From positions 95,294,001-95,358,000 of the forward strand of contig NC_043001.1 of the NCBI RefSeq assembly GCF_006345805.1: 64,000 nt of DNA. The letters are read 5' to 3'. Below are positions 37,930-48,320 of this stretch, one piece after another. Every line of letters starts with the position of its first letter. Position 1 is the stretch's first letter. The notes below the pieces were generated by a model. It ran no database searches. It was not told where the DNA came from and saw only the letters and a list, made by a program, of their open reading frames with translations. The DNA comes from Octopus sinensis (taxonomy: Eukaryota). The translations under genes were made by a program, and so were the position numbers.

Positions 37930-38028
37930 AAGAAGAAGAAGAAGAAGAAGAAGAAGAAGAAGAAGAAGAAGAAGAAGAAGAAGAAGAAGAAGAAGAAGAA
38001 GAAGAAGAAGAAGAAGAAGAAGAAGAAG
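37858..38028 (+). repeat. Compound microsatellite (AAT)14(AAG)~43
   Basis: AAT at 37858-37899, then AAG at 37900-38028, running directly into the retrotransposon coding frame. Confidence 0.95.
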
Positions 38029-39981
38029 AAACTCTTATGGGTGCAAAGACCAATTGCTCATAAACAGAATGATTGTAGAGAATTGCCGGAGCAAAAACAA
38101 AAACCTGAGTATGGCATGGATAGACTACAGGAAAGCGTATGACAGTGTCCCACATAAATGGATACTCAAGGCCCTTGAGATATACAAGATCTCTCCTGTC
38201 GTCTCAAAATTCTTAGAGAATGGCATGACCATGTGGAACACACGTCTCTTCTAAGCCATAGTAATGGGATGAGCCAGTCCAATAGCATCAACATCAAACG
38301 AGGCATCTTTCAAGGTGACTCCCTCTCTCCATTACTTTTTTGCATGGCACTGATCCCACTCTCAAACGAATTGGATAGTACCAGATATGGGTACAAAGTT
38401 TTTAGTAAGTTAATAAACCACCTTTTCTATATGGACGACCTAAAGCTGTTTGCCAGGAATGACCAAGAGCTAGAAGGGCTGCTAACGACTGTTAAAGAGT
38501 TTAGCAATGATATCGGGATGGATTTTGGCCTTGATAAGTGTGCTAAAGCAACTTTTGTAAGAGGCAAGCTCAGGCAAACAGCTTCTGTTAAATTAGATAT
38601 TGACACTACCATCAAGGAACTTGACCCACAAGAAAGTTACAAATACCTAGGAATCAACGAAGGAGATGGTATACATCATGCTACAATGAAGGAAAAGATA
38701 AGAAAGGAATATTATAGGTGAATAAGGCTTGTACTGAAGACTGAACTCAACTGCAAAAATTGCATTGAGGCCATTAACACCCTGGCACTTCCAGTAGTCC
38801 AGTACAGTTTTAACATCATTAACTGGAACCTTACGGAACTCCAACGCTTGGACAGGAAGACAAGAAAGTTACTGACATCCAAGAGCATGCACCACCCTAA
38901 GGCAGATGTAGACCGCTTGTACCTACCTAGAAGCAGCGAGGGGAGAGGAATGATGCAATTAGAGCTGTGCTATAAGACCTCTACTGTAGGAATGAACAGG
39001 TACCTATCTAGTACAAAGGACTGGATGCTGCGACTTGTGTGTGAACACGAAAGCAGCAAAAAGCTGCATTCTATTGTCAAGGAAGCTTATAAGTTCGAAA
39101 GGGAACTAGACGTTAACCTTGAATCAGATGAAGAGTCGGAAACCACTGCTACCAAGCAAGCAAAGCGAATCAAGCAGACTGCAAAAAAGAACGGGCAGAA
39201 TCAAATTGAGAGGCGGTGGAGCCAGAAGCCCCTGCATGGACAATATATTCTCCGAAGCCAAAATGCTGATGTAGACCAAGCAACAACCCATCAGTGGCTG
39301 AAGAGCTCTGTATTGAAAGCAGAGACTGAAGGCTTCATAATGGCAGCACAAGATCAAAGCTTGTTTACCAGAAATTACCAGGCTGACGTTCTCCGAAACG
39401 GTACTGACCCTAAATGCAGATTCTGTGACACATTTGACGAAACAATAGACCATCTCGTTTCGGGATGTCCTGTGCTGACACCAAACGAATACAAAAATCG
39501 CCACGATAGGGTAGGACAGTATATACATTGGAAGATATGTAAACACTACAAATCCGACACTCCTGCTAAGTGGTATGAACACCATCCTCAGCCAGTTGTT
39601 GAAGGCAAAGATGTCACCATCCTCTGGGATTTTCCAGTCAACACTGACAGAACGATCAAGGCTAATCGACCAGACATAATTGTGAAAGACAGGGAAGAAA
39701 ATACCTGCAGACTAATAGAAGTAAGCGTCCCCACTGATAAAAATGTATCTGTCAAGGAATTTGACAAACTTAGTAAATATAAGGACCTGGAAATCGAAAT
39801 ACAGAGGATGTGGAATCTTAAAACAAAAACTGTTCCTGTTATTGTAGGTGCCCTAGGTATGATAAAAAAGGGATGTCAGAAACACCTAGACAATATCCCT
39901 GGAAAACCATGTCTCAAGGAAATCCAAAAGATTGTGCTAACATGTACTGCCCACATCCTTAGAAAAACCCTATCAATGTAA
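38022..39981 (+). pseudogene. Disrupted RT-RLE ORF of the R4/Dong element
   Basis: The three ORF-track segments join with only two lesions: an apparent 1-nt deletion near 38250 (NTRLF/LSHSNG) and an in-frame TGA at 38719-38721 (YYR*IRLVLK, probably CGA>TGA). 38233 and 38848 are in the same frame. Confidence 0.88.
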
Positions 39982-40150
39982 ATGTTTGTGTTTGCATTAC
40001 ATGGAGATATATCTCTACTTCCCCTCCCCAAGCTTTCAGCTATATTTCAACAACTCTTAACCTTCACTTGCCCTAGGGCGCTGGGTGTGCTCCGGCAAGT
40101 GATTGCATCAAACATGCAGATTAAAAGTAAATGACAATAATAATAATAAT
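38022..40150 (+). mobile_element. 5'-truncated R4/Dong-clade non-LTR retrotransposon (RT, CCHC zinc finger, RLE endonuclease)
   Basis: RT motifs IDYRKAYDSVPH, RGIFQGDSLSPLLF, YMDDLKLF and YKYLG; zinc knuckle CRFC..ETIDHLVSGC; RLE motifs RHDRV, NRPDIIV, LIEVSVP and KLSKYKDL; (AAT)n tail at 40136-40150. Confidence 0.92.
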
Positions 40151-40708
40151 AAATGCCCTGATGCAGTACCAGGCAGTGGCTCTCATGGCTTCTGATCTTA
40201 ACTGATTGGAAGTGTTATCATGTACATTGTTTTGTTTTGGTATAAAAGATGGGCTACAGCAAATATTCTGCTCAATACCACAGATTTGCTTGTCAGTTGT
40301 TTGACCTTAACCAGTTGAGCATGTCCCTTAGTGGCCGACGATATGTGCATCCCTGATCACGAGCAGAAGTAGTGGGGGAGCATCATAGCCATGTGTTGAG
40401 AGGGATTATTTGGGGTTTGAATAATTCATCTCTGGAAACATGGGTGGTTCTTTCAACATCCTTAAACAACCTTTATTCAGGGACCTTTTGAGCGGGATGG
40501 GCTACTCAACCTGAAGAAATTTCTAACTGGGCCCCACCTGCAAGGTCATGTGCTGTTTATCTTGATATAAGATCACCATGTCGCGCATATATGGTTGTGA
40601 TGCATGTGTCTGGTGTAACCTTATCAGACGGGTAGTCATGATGGGTATATTGGGCTTCGTATATTTTACCCCAGTGTCACTTTGATGGCATGAACTGCTC
40701 TCTCACTC
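40151..40708 (+). mobile_element. ~560-bp non-coding retroposon-like element flanked by (AAT)n on both sides
   Basis: AAATGCCCTGATGCAGTACCAGG...GCTCTCTCACTC followed by (AAT)n from 40709. It begins directly after the Dong element's AAT tail, and a diverged inverted copy follows. Confidence 0.8.
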
Positions 40709-40747
<39 letters not shown>

Positions 40748-40750
40748 TAC

Positions 40751-40811
<61 letters not shown>

Positions 40812-40844
40812 ATTATCATCATTACTATTTTTATTACTGTTATT

Positions 40845-41297
40845 GAGTGAGAGAGCAGTTCATTCGACCAAATTGACACTGGGATAAAATATACGAAGCA
40901 CAACATACTTATCAAGACTGCCAGTCTGATAGGAGTATACCAGACACCTGTATCAGAAACATATGTACATGACATAGTGTTTTATATCAAGATAAACAGA
41001 TGGGGCCCAGCTAGAATTTTCTTCAGGTTGAGTGGCTCAATCCTCTCAAAAGGTCCCTGAATGAGTTAACTTTAATGATGATGAACAAAACACCCATGTT
41101 TCCAGATGGGAATAATCCAACCTAAAAGTAATTCCTCACAGCACATTGCTATGATGTTCCTCCACTACTTCTGCTCATGATCACAAATACAAATATCATC
41201 AACCACTAAAGGACAATACAATGTATATGATAACACTTCCTATCAGTTAAGATGTAAAGCCATGAGAGCTACTGCCTTGTACGGCACCAGGTCATTT
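40845..41297 (-). mobile_element. Older inverted copy of the 40151-40708 element
   Basis: GAGTGAGAGAGCAGTTCA..GACACTGGGATAAAATATACGAAGC..TCAAGATAAACAG..GGGCCCAG.TAGAA..TTCTTCAGGTTGAGT..CATGTTTCCAGA..CACTACTTCTGCTC..GATAACACTTCC..CATGAGAGC are reverse-complement matches. Confidence 0.85.
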
Positions 41298-41342
41298 ATT
41301 ATTACTGTTGTTGTTATTATTATTATTATTATCATTATTATT

Positions 41343-41550
41343 AGATAAAACTTAGATATGTTTCGACCAAAGATTGGTCCAGGCCAGGTCTAACTTAATA
41401 GAACCACCTGATAGGATTATTTGAATCCTGGTTAAGTCAAGTGTTGTTTATGGTCCATTCAAGTAGTGAGTTTTTGTTGGGTGAGTTGTATCCAATCATG
41501 GGTGGCTTATCTGGTATTCCTTGAAGGAATCCATCTAGACTCCGTTTAAA
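41343..41550. repeat. Unclassified ~200-bp segment embedded between (ATT)n arrays
   Basis: Complex sequence with ATT arrays immediately on both sides. Mobile origin is inferred only from context. Confidence 0.35.
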
Positions 41551-41565
41551 TTATTATTATTATTG

Positions 41566-41632
<67 letters not shown>

Positions 41633-42708
41633 CATATTTTTCTTTATTATTATTATCATTATTATTGTTATTATTCTTGTTGTTGTTGCTGTTGTTGTTC
41701 TTCTTCTTGTTGATGTAGTTTTTATTATATATTTTAGAGAAAGAATAACATTTTATGAAACTAAAGAAGCATTATATCACATACGGTGACTAATACGACG
41801 GGCTAATATAATCAGTCATTGTTTTATCTTTCCATATTGTATAAACACGCAAATATATACACTTGAAACTAATATTTCTTCTATACAAGGTGTCTTTCAT
41901 AACAGGAAAATAAGAGAAGAGATGCAGAAAGAACGTGATAGCATTCTGCTGTTGATAAAGGAATGAAGCAACCAAGCTGTATGCATTCCGTAGAATGTTG
42001 CAAGTTGCTTACAGATGGGAGACACTACAAACACAAGTCATATGCTACGCAGTAGACGAGGAATAACTGCATTCACTGTCATGATTCAATGTGCATGAAT
42101 TGATTCGTGCGGACATTCAAGTCTTTATCATTGCGCTTACTTCAGACAACGATATGTTCATAATGCACTTCCAAAATAGTGAAACAATTTGTGCATTTTT
42201 TAAGAAGGGAAGCGTAAAGTTCTCTTTTATGTGCTAGAAGCATTAGAATACAGCAATATTGTAGAGGCCCAGTTTTATCAAACGTATTTAAGGAGGTAAT
42301 ATTTGGTATCATCTTATGTTCACATCATGAAAGGGTGTTATACATTTTTCCTACATATAAGATGTTCATGTCTGAACAAAAGGCACAGAAAGTCATAGTG
42401 GTTGTTTTCCAGATCGCATGGAGGCCTTACGCGCTCATTTCCTGGAACGTCAGTGTACTGTGAGCAACCGATTTCCCTTTCAGAGATATAAAGAGATAAT
42501 TGTTTAAATCGACTCAAATTAGTCATTAAAAGCCACGAATATGCAAATTTTTGGCAATGCATCAAGCGATTTGCAAAGTAGGCCGCGTAGTAGTCCCGTA
42601 TCCTATATATCATATGTGTTGTCCTAGTACTTCCTACTCAAAACTCTCTATATGTATCTATATATGTATGTATGTATGTATCTTTCTATCTACCTATTCC
42701 TCTCTATC

Positions 42709-42834
<126 letters not shown>

Positions 42835-42933
42835 TCAATATAGGGTGGCAAGGAAAATTTTGTAGAATTTTATTGCCACCAGCGGCCCAGCGGGAAAAAA
42901 ATTAAATAGTCATAGACCATTTTTAAGTTCAAC

Positions 42934-43140
42934 ATTAACAATTAAGGACGGCCATAATAGGCCATTCACCCACTAGAAATAACAGCCAAAGCTTCTACCG
43001 CAAATAAAGATCAATTCCGTAAACAGGAGAAAATTAAATTTTAATTTTCTCCTGTTTACGGAATTGATCTTTATTTGCGGTAGAAGCTTTGGCTGTTATT
43101 TCTAGTGGGTGAATGGCCTATTATGGCCGTTCCTTAATTG

Positions 43141-43145
<5 letters not shown>
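42934..43145. repeat. 212-bp near-perfect palindrome (arms 105/106 bp, 1-nt centre at 43039)
   Basis: 42934-43038 is the reverse complement of 43040-43145 except for a 1-nt indel (TAAGGACGG vs TAAGGAACGG). Confidence 0.95.
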
Positions 43146-43182
<37 letters not shown>

Positions 43183-43296
43183 GATAGGTCCCCGGTTGAG
43201 TCGGGGTTAAGCACAGTAAATAAGGTACTCAATACATAGCAGAGTAAATTAATTTATTATATAGAAGGAGCTTCTACAGGACTAGAACTGTTTCAT

Positions 43297-43361
<65 letters not shown>

Positions 43362-43583
43362 CCACCTATATATTCGGTCATTGAAATTTCGGTCCGAATT
43401 TCAATGACCGAAATGACCGGACAATAAAATTTTACATGGAAAATCATTTAAGCTTATACTTGATGAGAGATATACCGTAAAATATATTTACCGGAAGAAA
43501 TTACTGTTAGGAGCGAATTCAGCGCTCCGAAGTAAATATTAAAGTTGGAAAGTATTATATCAGTTAATATTTGCTTTCATGAA

Positions 43584-44380
43584 GGCGGCGAGCTGATAAA
43601 ACCGTTAGCACGCCGGGCGAAATATTTAGAGGTATTTCATCTGCCGTTACGTTCTGAGTTCAAATTCCGCCGGGGTCGACTTTACCTTTCATCCTTTCGG
43701 GGGTCGATAAATTAAGTACCAGTTACGCATTGGGGTCGATATAATCGACTAAATCCGTTTATCTGTCCTTGTTTGTTTTCTATGTATTTATCCGCTTGTG
43801 GGTAGTAAAGAAATACGTTTTTCGTCTGCCGCTACGTTCTGAGTTCAAATGCCGCCGAGGTCGACTTTGCATTTCATCTTTTCGGGGTCGATAAATTAAG
43901 TACCAATTACGCACTGGGGTTGATATAATCGACTTAATCCGTTTATCTGTCCTTGTTTGTCCCCTTTATGTGTAGCCCTTTGTTGGCAGTAAAGAAATTA
44001 AAATCGTCAGCACGCTGGGCAAAATGATTAACAGTGTTCGCCCGTCGCTATACTTTGAGTTCATATTACGCCGAGGACGAATTTGCCTGTCATCCTTCCG
44101 GGCTTGATAAATTAAATACCAACAAAGCACTGGGTGACGATTTAATCGACTAGACCCCCTACCATCAAATTTCAGGAATATTTGCTGTCATTGAAGATGG
44201 CGTGCTGGCAGAATTGTTAGCACACCAGGGTCGAATACTTAGCGGTATTTAGACTTGTCTTTATGTTCTGAATTCAATTTCGCCCTTCATCCATTTGGAG
44301 TTGACGAAATAAATACCACTTGAACACCTGGGTCCATGTCATGGACTTATCCACTCTACGAAATCGCTGGCCTTGTATTA
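43584..44380 (+). mobile_element. SINE family B cluster: a head plus two tandem bodies (43584-43998) and two older degenerate copies
   Basis: GGCGGCGAGCTG..CGTTAGCACGCCGGGCGAAAT head, B-box-like GAGTTCAAATTCC, core TTTCATCCTTTCGGGGTCGATAAATTAAGTACCAG, and tail GTAAAGAAATA. Confidence 0.85.
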
Positions 44381-45459
44381 ATAGCCATTCAAATTTGCTA
44401 GCAAATGGCTCTCTGAAAGAGGGAATAACAGTAAATAGGCGAGTTAAAGTATGTGCATGGGTTTCCTTGTTATCATTTTTTTTTCTATCCGTTGTACAAG
44501 TGTCTGTAGATTAGAATAATTTGTAGTCATGTGATGTGGTAAATAAGATCAGCCAGGAGGCATTATTGACATCAGATGAATAACAGTGAGCTTCTTTGAT
44601 CTAGTTTGTTTAATATACTTCGCACGAATGTATGGAAAGGATGTGGTTGACGTAGCTGAAGTTGTAATAAAATGCAAAAACAAAGAAAAAAATAATAATA
44701 AACGTAGTTTCATTGCTCTTGGTAAGTTTGTGTGTAACGGTAGACGAAATAAAACCAACGACATTAATTTAGCATGAAAGAAGCGCAAAATTAATTACAG
44801 CATACAAAACTGTCTACTTCGAACTAATACTTTATCTTCTGTATAAGCGTATTCACACATGCGCTCATGCGAAAGCACACATGTGGACGAATATCTGTAC
44901 GTACACGTACATATCTGTCTGAGTCAGCGAGCCCATGACTCTGTGTGTGTGTGTGTGTATGCGTGCGTGCACTTTATATTTCAAACTGTCCAACATATAT
45001 ATTTATATGTACGGATAAATAATTGCTCATATGCGTTTGTAGGTATTGAGAGACGTGTTTATTTTACTGGTGACTAAGAGGCAAACCACCTTACAAATAT
45101 TGGCCAATGCGAAAACTTTAAAGTACATGAGGTGTAACCTCCATAATGAGACCATTGCATATATATATATATATATATATTATATTAAATTATGTATATA
45201 TATTAACTAAAGTGAGTGAATATAAGATTAGCTATAAGATAGGATAAAAAGTTATATTTAAGGCGGGTGCAGAGATAGTCATATACATATATGCGTTATA
45301 TATATATATATATGTATATATAATATATATATACATATATACATTGTAAATATATGTATATATAATATATATATATATACATATATACATATATACATTA
45401 TATATATGTATATATAATATATATAGTATTCATTTGAATGTTTACATGTATAAATACAT

Positions 45460-45496
<37 letters not shown>

Positions 45497-45734
45497 GTCG
45501 TATACCGTCAACACAATGTGACAGTCCCGTAAGGTAATTACATCACCGCCATTTAACCCTAGGAAACATCGACGTCTCCTGTCGGCTTTGACACATTTTC
45601 TGTGTCCTTATATTTGCAAAGGGGGAGGCCTTGTCAAACAGGCTGCTTATATCAATTTTTTGTCAGATAGAATATTAATGATATATATGGCAGAATCATT
45701 AGCACGCCTCGTTACCCTTCATTTTCGCATGCCC

Positions 45735-45870
45735 GACCACCTCCTACCTCAAACATCACCGTCTTCGGCTTTGCCATACATCATTGATCAGCCAACTGTC
45801 GACTCTGCCTGGAACAGCGTTACATTTTCCCTCTACAAACACAAGCTCATTTCGGACACAACATAACCCA
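45735..45870 (+). mobile_element. Penelope-like element, GIY-YIG endonuclease C-terminal remnant
   Basis: The frame from 45752 reads NITVFGFAIHH*SANCRLCLEQRYIFPLQTQAHFGHNI, resembling the PLE C-terminal R..LEQ..IF.L.T..P.G.N pattern. Confidence 0.65.
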
Positions 45871-46229
45871 CCCCCTCTCAATGACTATCTCTGCACCCGC
45901 CTTAAATGTAACTTTTTATCCTATCTTATATCTTATCTTATATTCACTCACTTTATTTAAAAAATTTATTCGTTCATTATCGATTGTTATCGTTGTTTTC
46001 CTTTGTACTTGTTTATATTAATCCTTTTATTTCTCTGTTTATTATCTCTTTTTCCCTTATCCAGTTTTTTATCATTTTCTATCATTGTATTGATTTCTAT
46101 TTTTATCTTTTACCTTTCATTTTTTATTCTTTATATTTCATTTTATTGTTTTTATTTTGTATTTATTATTAGTATTGTCTTGTATTTTTCCCCATTATTT
46201 TTTAACAATTTTATTAAATTATTTTTATA

Positions 46230-47770
46230 TAAGACGCGCACACCTACATACACACGCAAACACACGCACCATAGACACACACAAGCACATATGCATACAT
46301 GCACATACACATACACAGGCACGCATATACACACACACACACACACACACATGAAAGCAATTGAACCTCCCACACTCACGCAACACAGAGATACATGTAC
46401 ACAAACACACATACATACACGTATGCATACAAACACGCACATACACACACGCACACACACCAATACACACATACATACACACACAAGCGCACGCGAACAC
46501 ACGTATACACACTCAGGAATGTACATATGTTTCCACACACACATACTTACAGGCACGCACACATGAACGCACATATACCTCTCTCACACACACACACGTA
46601 TACACACGCACACATATTTTTTACTACCCACAAGGGGCTAAACACAGAGGGGACAAACAAGGACGGACAAACGGATTAAGTCGGTTACATCGACCCCAGT
46701 GCGTAACTGGTACTTAATTTATCGACCCCGAAAGGATGAAAAGCAAAGTCGACCTCGGCGGAATTTGAACTCAGAACGTAACGGCAGACGAAATACGGCT
46801 ACGCATTCCGCCCGGCGTGCTAACATTTCTGCCAGCTCGCCGCCTTTATACACACGCACACATACGTATACTCACGCACATAAACGTATACATACGCACA
46901 CACAGGCACACGAACACACGTACACTCACTCAGGAACGCACATATGCCTCCACACACAACTCCCACATGCACATACACACATGCATACACGCACGCACAC
47001 GCACACACACATACACGCAACACACACACAACATACGCGTACAAGCACACACATACATATACATACATAAACCTACACACTCTCTCACAGGTACAGGAAC
47101 ATACACGCACACATCCACACATCTCCACTGCACACACGAACACCCACATACATATACACACAAACACTTCTACACTCACTCCCAAGCACATACAGAGACA
47201 CATCGGTACATGCACTCACGAATACACACACATACACATACTATGTGTGTTATTGAGAGAGGCAGACAGACAGAGTGACACAGAAAGAGGGACACAAACG
47301 TGCACCCATACATACACACACAGGCATATACACATTCCCACTCCGTCTACGTATATTTACGAACACACACACACAGACACATTCACATGCACACCCACCA
47401 ACTCCCACACGCATCAGACTGTGTCTCTAACACATTACTACTGACCATTTCATCTAGGCACATGAGCAAAAACACACAACTACACAAAAACAACTACACA
47501 TGTTACCATAGCTGCTGATCTCTTACTACATTAGCAGACACAAAGATCACCCATACATACACATAGAAACAGGTAATACAACACACACACCACCTCATGT
47601 GTTCACACTCAGTTACCACCACGCACATACAAACACATGCACTCGGTTGCTGCCACACACACATACGCGCTACATCGCACACACGCGGTATCACACACAC
47701 ACACTGAGTTACTGCCACAGATACACGCCACTATATACATACACGATGTCACACGCACGAGCGGGTACCC
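46230..47770. repeat. ~1.5-kb degenerate (CA)-rich low-complexity tract interrupted by a SINE
   Basis: Imperfect CA/CATA/CACG repeats throughout; this tract accounts for the many H/T- and C/V-rich ORFs here. Confidence 0.9.
46620..46845 (-). mobile_element. SINE family B, monomer, low divergence
   Basis: Reverse complement reads GGCGGCGAGCTGGCAGAAATGTTAGCACGCCGGGCG..GAGTTCAAATTCCGCCGAGGTCGAC..CCCTTGTGGGTAGTAAA. Confidence 0.9.
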
Positions 47771-47894
47771 TGCCCACCTATACACACAGATACCAGCCTT
47801 CCTTTACACTCTCCTGTCTTAGAAAGCGTTTTCTCTTTTTCCATCTACTTCCGTTCATTTCAAAATGTAACATAAACGATTGCCTAACCCCTAA

Positions 47895-48320
47895 AACAAA
47901 CTCGGGTGAGGAGCACGGCATTCTCAGAAATTCGTTGCAGCATGTTATATGCAAGCATTTGGCGTCTGGGTTTATCATTTTGTTCAAGTGTTTGTCAGAT
48001 TTGCCCTTTGTAAGACTACAATCGTAAGTTTTTGTGTAGGACTTTGTGCACTGTTGAAAGTGAACAATGTAACAGTTTGGCAGCAGTAAGTATGGACTTT
48101 CTATGAGAATAAGCAAAGGCTTGTCTTACACGATCGATGGTTTCCTCCCATTATCCAACACTGTTACGGTTTCCATAAATTTCATGTACCATGCAAAAAT
48201 TGACGAACTTCATGGTAGATGTGTTCCGTTTCATTGGGTCTACATGTCAGATTTCTTTCTTTCAAATAAACCACAATACACTGTGCCTTTTCTTGAGGTG
48301 AAACCCTTTTTTACAATTTC
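47895..48320 (-). mobile_element. Decayed Tc1/mariner transposase 5' half
   Basis: Minus translation: SPQEKAQC..AWYMKFMETVTVLD..ETIDRVRQAFAYSHRKSILTAAKLLHCSLSTVHKVLHKNLRL*SYKGQI*QTLEQNDKPRR..RVCF, with several stops. Confidence 0.8.

Noticed and set aside
37783-38142. 119-aa ORF with poly-Asn/poly-Lys
   Set aside because: It is read-through of (AAT)n(AAG)n joining two retrotransposon fragments.
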